From positions 5,766,001 through 5,830,000 of the forward strand of contig OX597817.1 in assembly GCA_951406725.2 (NCBI GenBank): a stretch of 64,000 bases of DNA. Reading direction: 5' to 3'. How positions within the stretch are numbered: the first letter of the stretch is position 1; every line of letters starts with the position of its first letter. The notes beneath the pieces were generated by a model. That model saw only the letters and a program-made list of their open reading frames with translations, was not told the DNA's origin and made no database searches. The stretch is from Octopus vulgaris. Its lineage: Eukaryota. Below are positions 39,826-51,719 of this stretch, piece by piece. Position numbers and translations under genes: made by a program.

Positions 39826-40915
39826 CCATGAGAACGATATTTTTGCAATTCACTTATCTAGTGCTTGCCAGGAATTTGGTAAACATATTTGTTTGCCTCT
39901 TTTACTATCATTCCAAGTGCCTCAGTAACAATAGGTAAAGTTGTCGCTTTGAGATGCCACATTCTTCTGATTTCTATCTCTCCGTCCTTATATTTGTTCA
40001 ATTTCTCAAGTGTTTTCTCAAATGTATTTTGTCAGCTGAGACTGAGACATTCATTAAAAGACATCTTTTCCATATGATTTTTGACATTATCTGGTTGGTT
40101 AGTTTGAATTTCCCGATCAGTCCAAACTCTGAAATTCCAAATAATGTTAACTTCAGCACCCTGCACAACTCGTGATATGCTATGTCCCCCATCAACTGAT
40201 TGGTATGTCCGGCACATTGGTTCAATGTACGTAGTGAGCTGTGTTGCCATGTCGATCCAAGTATTCTGCTGATGTCAGTCGGCTGCATCGAGAGATTATG
40301 TCATTGATTCTCTCTAGATGTTTTCTGCTATATTATTGCTGATCCTAAGCAGCAATAATATAACCCTCAGTTTCCGGCTGGGGACCAGAGTATACCAGCC
40401 TCTGATGGGTAAGAGTTTGGTATTCACCACGATCCTTGGTTCTAATTGGGCATTTACTAGGCTGTGGATTTTTACTCTTATTTCTTCTTAGTGTAATAAA
40501 GGTTGATTTGTTTAGTTATATGTTTATTTTATTTTTATTTTCTGTTGGAGACACATTTTCTTCCAGTACTGGTTCATCTTGCTGCATTTCCAGAAGGTAT
40601 ATTATTGCATCTTTCGTCACTGAGTGCAGCTTTTTGGTATCTTTTTGTTTGAGACCCAGTTTTAACATTCAATCGTTTCTTTGTTGCAAGGACGCAGAGA
40701 ATTCCATGGTTGCAATTTTCTATGAAAGTTGGTACTGTTTTAACCCGCAAACGATTTTTTTTAATCGCGGAAGGTATAATCGAGCTAGTATGTCTGCTTT
40801 TGATTTATGCAAACGATGCATTGTCATTAGCTTTCGGATGTTGGCATCAACTTTATTAGTACTATTATTATTACTTTCTCACACAGTGTAGATGTAAAAT
40901 GCACCGGAGTAGTTA
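39826..40915 (-). mobile_element. R4/Dong-like (RLE endonuclease) LINE remnant 1
   Basis: DANIRKLMTMHRLHKSKADILARLYLPR; IIWNFRVWTDREIQTNQPD; PIVTEALG. Confidence 0.8.
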
Positions 40916-40924
40916 GTCTCTGCC

Positions 40925-41890
40925 AAGTCACAACAAAGACTTCAGAATGCTTTCCTTGAAATGTGCGCAGTACTTACCCGAGAAAGCCGATTTTTGTATA
41001 TCACCAATCTTAGAAGGTATTCGCAAGCGCTTTAAGAAGACTTGAAGTTTGAATGAGATTGACCCTAAATACCTCATCACAGCTGGTATCAGTTTTATAT
41101 AACTCTCGCATTCCAAACAGCCTGGTCATCTCCACTTTCATTTTGGCCTACTAGATGATGTTTTCAACCTCTTTACACGCTATATTCATATCATTTGGTA
41201 TGGCTACGTCAATGATGTAACAGTATTTCTTTTCTTGTTTAATTCGACCATATCCTGTCAGTGATGCTCAGTTACTTTTTTAGTTAGAAAATGCTAATCC
41301 CAACATTTGGTTGCTTTCCCATCTTCCTGCATTACTTGGCTCGGAACATGCTCATGCCAATATTTTGTTACTTTGTGTTGGTATTTACGATATAAAATCT
41401 AATAAAGGCACCCTCAAACTTTATCATGGTGACGCTTGCATTGTTTTTGCGTAAGGCTCTTACACCCGTTTATCAAATGGGTTACATTTTCTAATTCTTT
41501 CCACAGAACCTGCATTTCTGAGTGCCAGAAGTTTCGTACATATTATACTTAACCTAATTGGCTGCAAGAGTTTGGTTTTATGGTGTAGTTATAAGGCTTC
41601 CAGCGGTACGCTTTATATCGCCTTGCTTAAGCCATACCCACGGTGTTGTTACCCTTCATATCAGTGTGTCTCTTTGAAACTGAACATGCACTCTCATTTC
41701 CAGAAGATCCTCCTTTCTCTTCTCTTCGATTCTTTCGTTAAACATCTCCTAACCAATCGATTCATCTGCAGTTATACCCATATCGTCTGCTGTACATGGT
41801 AGCAATTCTTCGTCACTGTTTACCAAATATTCTTCATACTATAGTCCACATTGATGAAACTTTTCTCTTCATGTACAATCTTTTTGTATT
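40925..41890 (-). mobile_element. R4/Dong-like LINE remnant 2, distinct subfamily
   Basis: RLYMKR, decayed CCHC/RHD region, IPAVMRYLGSI...IQKSA terminal motif. Confidence 0.7.
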
Positions 41891-42410
41891 TGCCAAGGTG
41901 CGCCCAGATCGATGAAACCGTTGTGCACGCCCTAGTCCACTACCCGAGTATTGCTGACCTATGGGTATATGTCGAACACCTGCTATCGCGTGTGGAATGA
42001 TTCGGCTATCAGCTGAATCCATTTTGAAGATTGCTCTACCTCCCTCTTTTGGCCGGGGGGGGGGGGGGCAATTTTTATTTGTCTAGTGACTGTAGCGAAA
42101 GAGCTAGTATGGTGAACCCGTTTGAAAGGGCTAAAGACAGACACTTTCCTCTTTGGTCAAGCCCTCATCAACTTTTTCAAGTTTGACTGGAAGTTGAGGG
42201 TGGAGAGGGAAGTGTTGCCTTGTAGCAAGTTTGTTGAATAGAGAACGACTCTTGCCCTGTTGTTCAGGAACCCGTGTGCCACCCCTATTAGGATCTTAAT
42301 TTCTTCAATTTTTAACTGTTATTTATATTGCGTACGCGCGAAAGCTCATTGTATCGTCCTGTTTTTGTCTTTAATGTTATTTAAGTGAGCCCTTGTGGCC
42401 AATAGAATAA
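41891..42410 (+). mobile_element. L1/Tx1-like LINE 3' remnant
   Basis: PRCAQIDETVVHALVHYPSIADLW (CCHC knuckle) and FICLVTVAKELVW*TRLKG...RVEREVL. 3' end GCCCTTGTGGCCAATAGAATA. Confidence 0.8.
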
Positions 42411-42411
42411 T

Positions 42412-42465
<54 letters not shown>

Positions 42466-42479
42466 TATTATTATTATTA

Positions 42480-42862
42480 CCACCACCTTTGCACAGCTTC
42501 TAACGCTGGAGATGCACTACGGTGTCAGCTGTTCACTACCAGTGAACTTAGGTAACACCTCTTATTTTTCGAGCATCTTCCGGATTATTCGAGCGGTTCC
42601 AAGCAGTGTTGTTCTCTGCAAGTGCTCCAACCTTATTGCAGCCCCTACTTATTCCATGTACTTCTCAAGATTTTACTTACTGTTTCCAGGGCTCCGATAA
42701 TTGTTAGTACCGTTACCTACTTTTTCATCAACCAAAACTACTTAACCTCCCAAGCTAACCTGTCATATCTATCGACTTTTCATTCTTCCTTATCGCATAC
42801 CTTGTTGTAAGCTGGGTATGCTATATCTAAGATCCCGCAGAATTTGCTTTCTTTCTCAATTA
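42480..42862 (-). mobile_element. R4/Dong-like LINE remnant 3 in (TAA)n/(TGA)n
   Basis: ILDIAYP, KVDRYDRL, IIGAL and LQRTTLLGTARIIRKML*, with trinucleotide tracts on both sides. Confidence 0.85.
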
Positions 42863-44320
42863 TTATTATTATTTTTAGTAGTAGTAGTAGTAAGACGGCG
42901 AGATAGTAGAATCGTTAGCATATCGGACAAAATGCTTTGTGGTTTTTCGTCCGTTTTGGAGTTAGAGTTGAAATTCCGCTGAGAAGTCCTTTCGGGGTCA
43001 GTGAAATAAGTACCAATTAGGTATTTATTTAGCAGCTGGTAGATCGACCACTTTGAAGTTCCCTCGTAGGAGTTACTTCTTTATAACTAGGTGGTCTATG
43101 TGTTTGATATCTAGGTGTCTTGGACAGGAACACAACGCGGCGTTACGTTAAGGCCATCTCCTCAGTTGATTGTTCGGTATTGTATTAACTTGGTTCTTCG
43201 CTACATCTTGGCATTGTATAGATCAACCAAATTTCCATCTATATATTCTTGCGTACCGACTTACAAAAGAAGAGATAAATTAGGTAAGGCTGTCATGAGC
43301 AGGGTGATCATGCTTAGAACACCAATAGTAATTAATTTGTGCGTTAAGAGTGACCTAATTTTAAAAAGGAACTACAGCAGTACTCCACTATTTCGCTTGC
43401 TTCATTTGCAGGAATTCAGTCCGTCTGTTTTGGAAATACGTAAAACTACGAACATCGTCAAACACTGTATCAGCTGTTTGAAACAGATAAGAATTTTCGT
43501 AAATATTTAGATTATTTTTGAAAGAAAAATTCTGCGATACAAATCTAAACTGTGCATACTTCGAAAATCTGTTTATGCAAGATAGACATAAGGTAACATA
43601 CAAGTTCGCCAGCCTTGGAAATCATGCACTATTTGTATACATGAATTTCCCGTTAAAAATGCTGAGTTCACAGGTTTTCTTCAATATCCCATAAAAAAAA
43701 TTACTAAAAATATGAATACAAATTCAGCATTTTCAGCAGAAAATTCTGAAGATTATCTCTTCTGTAAATATCTCTTATCTCTTCTCTATGTGTTTCAATA
43801 AATGAAATGCATTACAGGAATTTTATAAATTTTTCATGAAAAAAAAAAAAAAAGGTTAATGATTAGTAATAAAAATAATTTTTAATATATGCCCATGGTT
43901 ACAATAAATTAACGGAGTTTGCTCTCGCCTAATTTAAATTTGGTTTGTGAAGTGTCGTAACTATCGTTGCTACCATTCCATCATTCAATCCTTAAATGTA
44001 ATGATTTATAACAAATACAACAATACAAGTTTCTGAGGGATTTATATAAAAGTATATCAATCCGAATATTTGATTGATGGAGATTTTATTGAGCACTAAA
44101 ATAGGTAAGTCAATTAGCTAAATACTGTAAGGCATTACGTTTTATACGTGAATGCATTCATAGTTATTCTATATTTGAGTGAACATATAGTGATATATAC
44201 ACCAGTGCATACATATAGCTGAAAGTACATTAATAAATATGGGTCTATGTAAATAATTGCATAACAAGAGTGTGTGTTTGAGTATAGGTATCTATGGCGT
44301 ATTTTTGCATTTGTAGGTAT

Positions 44321-44352
<32 letters not shown>

Positions 44353-44355
<3 letters not shown>

Positions 44356-45000
44356 TTATATTAAGGGCATTACTATACATAAATGCCTCACGCTAGGAGG
44401 GACTCTTTAAGTCAAAACTGCCATGATAAATAAATACATTGTACCGAATTCGAGGGTATGCAACTCTCGAAGCGAGCATTTTAAAAACAGAATTCAGCTG
44501 CATATCATATGATTTCGTAATTAATGCACAAAATGCACTTTTTATTTGTCAGTGCGAGCATAATTCAAGAAACAATTCGAAAAGCCCGCTTTTTACATAG
44601 GTTTATAAGTGTGAACAATTCTATGTACTATGCTGGATACATTTGGTGTTTGTGTGGTATGTTGATTTTTTGTTCATTCTATGTATCTTGAATTATGCTT
44701 GCACTGACGATTAAAAAGTGCATTTTGTGCACTAATTATGAAATCATATGATATGCAGCTGAATTATGTTTTTAAAATGCTCGCTTCGAGAGTTGCATTC
44801 TCTCGAGTTCGGTACAATGTGTTTATTTATTATGGTAGTTTTTACTTTAAGAGTCCCTCCTAGCGTGAGGCATTTATGTATAGTAATGCCATTTAATGTA
44901 AGTAAATATATTTAAGAGGAATAATTGATGGATTTTTCCCTTAAGAGGTTTTCACGCTAACTACTTGATAAATTCTTATAAAGATTTTATGCTATTTTTC

Positions 45001-45003
<3 letters not shown>
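44353..45003 (+). mobile_element. PLE pseudo-LTR-like foldback element between (TA)n tracts
   Basis: Arms about 44353-44574 and 44682-44904. The right copy extends about 100 bp to (TA)n. Each arm holds an HHR motif. Confidence 0.8.
44699..44758 (+). ncRNA. Type I hammerhead ribozyme motif (mirror 44498-44557 has a mutated core)
   Basis: TTGCA CTGACGA TTAAAAA GTGCA ttttg TGCAC TAATTAT GAAAT CATATG ATA TGCAG: palindromic stem III ATCATATGAT, AUA triplet. The base of stem II is weak. Confidence 0.7.
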
Positions 45004-45047
<44 letters not shown>

Positions 45048-45224
45048 GTTAGTTATCAGTGTATAGATGTATCTACTAGTACTCTTTCACACATCCATTT
45101 GTTGGAGCCATCAAACTGTGAGTCCAGGACTTCAAAAAGCTATTTTGTCTCATTGAATTTTGTGTCATATAAATGCTTTTACGACCAGAATCCAGACGTG
45201 TATATCAAAGTCAGGTTACCAATG

Positions 45225-45565
45225 ACTCCAACCTGATTCCGGGTTTTGTCCTACTGTGTGGAACCTTGGGCAAATGTCTTATACTATAACCCGGGGCCGA
45301 CCAAAGCTTTGTGAATGAATTTGGTAGATGGAAACTGGAAGAAGTCCATCGTATATATGTGTGTGTTTTTCTCCCACAACCGCTTGACAACCGGTGTTGA
45401 TTTGTTTCCATCCTCTACAACCTAGTGATTCGGCCAAAGATACCAATAGAGGAAGTACCCGGCTTTAAAAAATTAGGCACTGGTCTCGATTTGTTTGATC
45501 AAAACACTTCAAGTTGGTGCACTCGCATGGCCGTAGTCCAATGAGTTTAACAAGAAACGTGAAAG
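45225..45565 (+). mobile_element. SINE family B, diverged
   Basis: ACCTTGGGCAAATGTCTT, GCTTGACAACCGGTGTTG and GCATGGCCGTAGTC motifs. Confidence 0.75.
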
Positions 45566-47777
45566 ATAACAGATGTATGTCCTTATAAATGTAATTCTTA
45601 CCATAAATTGATACAATTTTCAGGAGCTATAACTTCTAGAGAGAACCTGCCGGTTTATCAACCGCTTGAAAATGTTAGTTATTTATTTTGATTCGGTTCA
45701 GTCAGAATCATGCATGATTTCTCAGTCTCTTACATCATGTAATAGAGCATATATGTTATTTAGTATACGGCTAATATTATGTGATCTTTTCCAGAGCAAA
45801 TAGATTATTGATTCAGTATAAGTTTTAAATACTTTGGACTGGCTGTGTATCTTATAAACCAATCCATAATTTTCATACTTTCATATAATCCAGAAATATA
45901 TCAAGATATATATCCTTATGACTAGAAATACCATATGGAACTACCTTCGTAAATAGAATTATTAGAATTAACTCATATGTTCTGTATTGTTTTCCATTTT
46001 TATTTACCTTATGAAATATTTCATTGGAAATCTCGAAACAGTTTACTAATATAATTTCACTGTCTACGTACAAAATCAGCTCTGAGCAGATGACAAAATG
46101 AAGCTGCTACACAGAGACATAAGTACATTATACGCAAGCGCACAAGCTCACATGCACGTCACACACTAATAAAAATGACTGTGTGTTGTCTGACAACGAA
46201 TTTTAAACAATAAATTATGTTAGCGGTTAGTTTCACAGCATGTGGCAGTTAAAAATTTTAAATTTACGACACTGAACTCTAGTTTTTTATGAGGTTGACT
46301 TGACCTGAGTTATTATGTTTCAATGTTATAACCTCAAGTGTTTATAGTATAAGTCACGGAAACCCAACCCACATTCTAATAATCATCCTATGTTACACAC
46401 ACATGCACACATTCATGCTCACACGTATACACACTCACAGGCACACTCTCTCACCCACACATGTATGCCTACAGAAATGTATTTGCATACACGCACATGT
46501 ATATTTACACTTGTATGTATATAATACGTGTTTGTGCGTGTTCATACGTGCGTGCATGGTGTCTTAGCATATGTATGTGTGTTTCTATATAGACTTATAT
46601 TTATTATAAGCAAACCAACATTTAAATATTTATGGAATGTTAAATGCTGTCATTATGGAAGACGAAAAAGGTGAGGGTGTGTGTAAGCTTTTGTTTTAAG
46701 TTCACACACACACACAAACAAACAAACAAACAAACATTCACATAATCATGAAGTGTTCTTTGTGCAGAACGACACCGAATGCAGCCATAAGTCAAACAAA
46801 TAACTACAGTGCTATACAATAAAACCAATTACATTTTCGTTTTGTGAAAGATTTATTACTCGAAGTCTTTTGTTATTTGAACAAGTGATCATCATAACAT
46901 GACGGAGAATAAACATGTCCTAAATGTTGGGTTCTAAATGAATTATGGTGTAATATGTTGTATGAGTAGTGAAATAGCTTGTCGGATGCGGTGTCGGGTT
47001 ACTAACTCTTGGTTATTCAGTGTATCTCTAGTTGCTGAACTTTCATTGTGTCTGTGAGCATGGTATATTATATTTATTCCATTTAGCTATTGGATACTAC
47101 AGAAACCACAGAAGAATTACATATTATGTACATGCTGAAAGTCTTCGGCAAATCATACAACTGGAGATCATCTCACTTCGAGCTATTTATTAGCTGTTGA
47201 ACTTAAGCATCACAAGCTAACGAATCTCTATTTAATTTTACAGTTTCGTTGCTGCTAATTGCAACGGAGCTTCTAGTAGACCATGCTACATATTTAAAGC
47301 TAAATGCTTTTGCTTTAGTTTTTTTTCTTTGCTTTGCTAGCTAAGAAAAGAACAAAATTTATTTGGGTGATGTTTACTTTTAAAGGTAGGTCTGTGTCTG
47401 CACACAGACGTTTGTGGAGGAGGTGCAATTGCAGGCAGTTGCAGTTTTGGAGAGAAACGAATAGATGAAATGTTCAGACCAGAGAAGGTGTAGGTCTGAG
47501 ATTTGGGAGATGACACATAGTAAAGGTGAGATAAAGATATTTCGTCAGTTGGGCTTGTGTGAATATGCAGCTAATTATTTCAGAGGCAGAGATGCTACAG
47601 TAGTAACGGTAGAAACTGTAGCGAGAAGAAACTATGTACGTGAGCTTGTAGTTTTTGTACAATGAAGACTGGGTTGTTGCTATCGATGGAAGTTTTCCTT
47701 TTGGCTTTTTTTTATGTTTCGTTGAAGTAAAGGTTTTGAGAAATTTTGGGCACTATAAATATTTTTTGTTTCTTTTT

Positions 47778-47884
47778 CGCACTGAGGAGAACAGCGATAT
47801 GTGATTAATTTAATTAAAATAATTTCTAATTATTCTACCATGTTATTTACATGTTAATATTTCTGTTCGAAACGATCGTATGTA
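47778..47884 (+). ncRNA. Type I hammerhead ribozyme motif with long stem-II insert
   Basis: GCA CTGAGGA GAACAG (about 68-nt AT-rich insert) CTGTTC GAAAC GATC GTA TGT: palindromic stem III ACGATCGT. The element ends in (TA)n at about 47986. Confidence 0.75.
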
Positions 47885-48111
47885 TATATTAAAATACTTT
47901 TTTCAAATTTTAACATCTCGTATCCATCTTCAACAGTTTGTTGAGTTTCTGTGGGATACCTTTCCATAAATTCTCATCACACACCATATATATATAATAA
48001 TTTCATATTCGCAAGAATCTTACGCCAGTAGGCTACCAACAAAATATGAAGCGTCTTTGTTAGAAATAGCCCTTTGGAGCTCTTCAAAGTAAATGAAACA
48101 GAGCTCAACCT

Positions 48112-48156
<45 letters not shown>

Positions 48157-48160
<4 letters not shown>

Positions 48161-48444
48161 CGTGACCGACCAGGCTATCAGATGTTGCTACACATCGCTG
48201 GTCACAATGCGCTTCGCATTGTTTTAGCCTTCAAATGACGCCATCCCGCTGGCTAAGCGAGCAGGCCAACAGAAGAAAGAGTGAGAGAAAGTTGTGACGA
48301 AAGAGTACAGCATGTATCGCCACCACCCCTTGCCGGAGCCTCGTGGAGCTTTAGGTGTTTTCGCACAATAAACACTCACAACGCCCGGTCTGGGAATCGA
48401 AACCGCGAGTCTGCTGCCCAAACCACTGGGCCATTGCGTCCCCC

Positions 48445-48446
<2 letters not shown>
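48157..48446 (-). mobile_element. SINE family C in (TA)n
   Basis: Reverse-complement match to 22605-22900, with (TA)n on both sides. Confidence 0.9.
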
Positions 48447-48478
<32 letters not shown>

Positions 48479-48574
48479 TGTGTGTATACATATTTATATA
48501 TATACACACACACACATTCTTGTATGTATGTATACATATTTGTATATATACATGTATATATATATATATATGTT

Positions 48575-48611
<37 letters not shown>

Positions 48612-49056
48612 CAAAGCTATTTTATTCCACATGGGTAGATGTATAGGAGAAAAGAAGTTGAAAATGCACTGAAAATAGTTAAAATATTTTTTATTTATAT
48701 ATTTAAAGCTTTAACTGGTTTCACAGTTTACATTGATTTTCAAAACAATTCAAGTGGAAACACGTGGCTTATGTCACAGCTGTCCTGCTTCTGACTAGTG
48801 TTTGAAGCTTGCTTTATTTTTATAGGTCTTTATGGCTCACATTAGTTTCTGTCTTCAATAGGATTTGATTGATAGAAGATAGTCACATGACTGGTCTTAG
48901 AAATTTTTGTGGATTCCCTGCTACGTCCATGTGTTAAAATCAAGTGACAATGTTTGGCGTCGTAAATGCAAATCAGGACAGACTTTTACCGTAAAAAACA
49001 TCACTTTACATGTTCTTCTATAGGTATGTGTGTGTGTGTGCTCGTGTGCGCGTAAG

Positions 49057-49122
49057 TATGAATGCAAGATACGAAATACACGCCTAACTTCTACATATGG
49101 ATAAAATATATCTGTTTAATAT

Positions 49123-49168
<46 letters not shown>

Positions 49169-49234
49169 ATATTAAACAGATATATTTTATCCATATGTAG
49201 AAGTTAGGCGTGTATTTCGTATCTTGCATTCATA
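49057..49234. repeat. 178-bp perfect palindrome centred on (TA)20
   Basis: Identical 69-bp arms 49057-49125 / 49166-49234. Diverged third copy at 49681-49750. Confidence 0.92.
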
Positions 49235-49258
49235 TATATATATGTATATATATATATG

Positions 49259-49291
<33 letters not shown>

Positions 49292-50016
49292 GATAAGATA
49301 AGGAGATACTTAGTGAATACAAGCAAAACTGTAAAACACGAACTCGAGAGTAAAAAAAGGTCACAACTAATAATGTAATAAATGTTGAAGTTTCTTCTGT
49401 TATAATTTGAAGATTTGGAAGATGATACTTTTAGTAATTATAACAGAGATAGTTTTCAGCTGTTATTACACACACACACACACACACACACGAACATGCA
49501 TACATATGTGTGTGAGAGAGAAAGAGGGAGAGAGTGGGAGAGGTAGAAGAGGTATAAGAGAAGCGACTACTGATACTTAAGCCAGAGCGTACAATTTTAA
49601 AATAAAGTCACATAATTGAAATAGGCTAAACGATGTATTATATACCTTCCTTCCAGCTGTCTCTCATAAAAACGATAGATTCATATTAAATTGATATTTT
49701 TTTTTATTCATTTGTAGATGTTAGGCGTATATTTCGTATCATGCATTCATCCAGGTAATACCAGCGATACACACAACAACAACAACATAACGTGATATGA
49801 GATACTTGGTGGATGAAAATTCGGTTAAATCGTTTAGAATTTATTTTTCTTATTGAAATATTAAAATTTGTAGCGGAGTTTCATTCAGAAAACAAACAAA
49901 TTAGTTTTACTATAATGATTTTTTTTTCATTTTGAAACTGCTTTAGAATTGTAGTTTTGGACTTTGTCCCCTCTTCAATGCAGCTGTTTCGATGTATTAT
50001 TTTAGAACAGTAAACT

Positions 50017-50053
<37 letters not shown>

Positions 50054-50057
<4 letters not shown>

Positions 50058-50272
50058 ACGGGAAGCTTTATGAAAATAAACAAAGGACGAAGGCAGGTGG
50101 AGTACAAACAAACAAACAATTGTATTAGTATGGCGCTCAGGAATATAAATAAAACAAGTCTTTTACGTTTCGAGCCTACGCTCTTCAACAGAAAGATACA
50201 CAGAAAAGAAACACGGTGAGAAACGAGGAGAGAAAAAAATGCGTGCAGAAGCTAGCGATTCAACATGGCGAT
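50054..50272 (-). mobile_element. Short HHR-bearing PLE/retrozyme-like element
   Basis: About 220 bp, 3' end in (TA)n. Downstream motifs CCTGAGCG, TAATAC and CCAC are shared with 2111-2320 and 60480-60590. Confidence 0.7.
50158..50197 (-). ncRNA. Minimal variant hammerhead motif
   Basis: TCTTT CTGTTGA A GAGC GTAG GCTC GAAAC GTA AAAGA: stems I and II perfect, core has A6>U, stem III reduced to ACGT. Confidence 0.6.
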
Positions 50273-50359
50273 CTATATAGTTTATGGATTAGAGACAGGT
50301 ATTCTCTGTATAGAATACAATTCGTAGTCCTCAAGAGATTTGAACTTGAGCAAGTTGAG

Positions 50360-50573
50360 GAGTAAATGTAAGGACAAGCAAGTTAGGCAAGTCGCTATAC
50401 AAAAGACATTTAATAAATTTAATACAAAAAATGTACATATATATACATATAAAAATATTCCGACTTACATCGAATAGAGATTATATCTTGACATCTCTAT
50501 TCTGTGTAAGTCGGACGTATTTAATGTTTTTTGTATATGAACTTGCCTAACTTGCTTGTAATTACATTTACTC
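50360..50573. repeat. Interrupted inverted repeat (foldback/MITE-like)
   Basis: GAGTAAATGTAA..CAAGCAAGTTAGGCAAGT outer arms and TCCGACTTACA..GAATAGAGAT inner arms, with an AT-rich insertion in the left arm. Confidence 0.8.
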
Positions 50574-50576
50574 ATA

Positions 50577-51634
50577 TCTATATATATATAACTCAACTTG
50601 TGTGTCAGTGTGTTTAACTTCCCGGCACATCTCCTCCTAGCCAACAAATCGTAGAACCACCAAAAATGGGTCACTTAAAGTTTAGGCGAATGAAAATTGA
50701 ACTGCGCTATTTCTGTTCCGAAATTCATCTCGCAAGTACAAAAATCGATAATGTGTTTGTTTAGGCCTTATCCCATGCATTGAATAGTGAACTGTACTCA
50801 GTCAGCTGTTTGACGTGAACTGTTTTCACCACGCGTGCAAGCATGCGTAAATTGCATGAAAAATAAAAAATCAAGAGATAAAAACGAATCGCCGTAAACA
50901 TTGTAGAAATTCGGCAAAGAAATGAATTTTCGGGATGTAGTCTGGAGGGTTTTTTCGTATTAATCGTTTGGACTTTGTGAACACATACCAATTATTTTCA
51001 TAACATTTTTAACGCTTTGAATTAAATGTGACCATTTTGCATTGAGTCTGCAGTTTGAATCATTTTAATCAAATTTTAGTTGGCCAGATTTTTGATCATC
51101 GCGATACATCACCAGCGACTCCCTGAAGCTCTCCCCTGAAATGCCCGTTGAGAAATCTATATATATAAAACTCAACTTCTGTGTCTGTGTGTTTAACTTT
51201 TGGATCTACCAAGTTTCATTATTAAGGATGGAAAGTAGCGTGTAGCAAATCTATATATATATAAAGCTGAAGTTGTCTGTGTGTGGCAGGTTTGGTAGCC
51301 TTCAACTAACACTATCTCCTTCGAGACCCTGCAGCGCAAGTTGACCAAAATTGAGAGTATGATAGGTTTGCTCTTCATTCTGTAGAAGATAAAATTCAAA
51401 TTGGACCATGTTAACACCAAAAATTATTTACTTCAAAAAGGTGCTTTTTTTCTATGAAAATCCCTATTTTTTACGATTTTTGACTGCTGTGTCACCATTT
51501 TTCGGTGTATTTCAACTGGAAAAATGTTCACTTGAAGAGAATAACAAGTTGCATAATGCAAAATTTTTACTTTTCAAAAATTCCAATTCTGAAGGATAGA
51601 AACAATCCCAAGCAACACCGGGTGATACTGCTAG
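50577..51634 (+). mobile_element. Helitron cluster: three TC-starting 5' ends, one 3' end
   Basis: A|TCTATATAT starts at 50577, 51156 and 51250. Single terminus CCCAAGCAACACCGGGTGATACTGCTAG|T at 51634. Confidence 0.75.
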
Positions 51635-51691
<57 letters not shown>

Positions 51692-51719
51692 CACATACGC
51701 ACGTGCACACACACACACA

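Noticed and set aside
43115-43603. 131-aa ORF and faint hAT C-terminal resemblance on the minus strand
   Set aside because: No confident homology in either direction.
49383-49466. Minus-strand CTGAAAA...12-bp stem...GAAAC
   Set aside because: Core G missing and no stem I. At best a heavily decayed HHR, so not counted.
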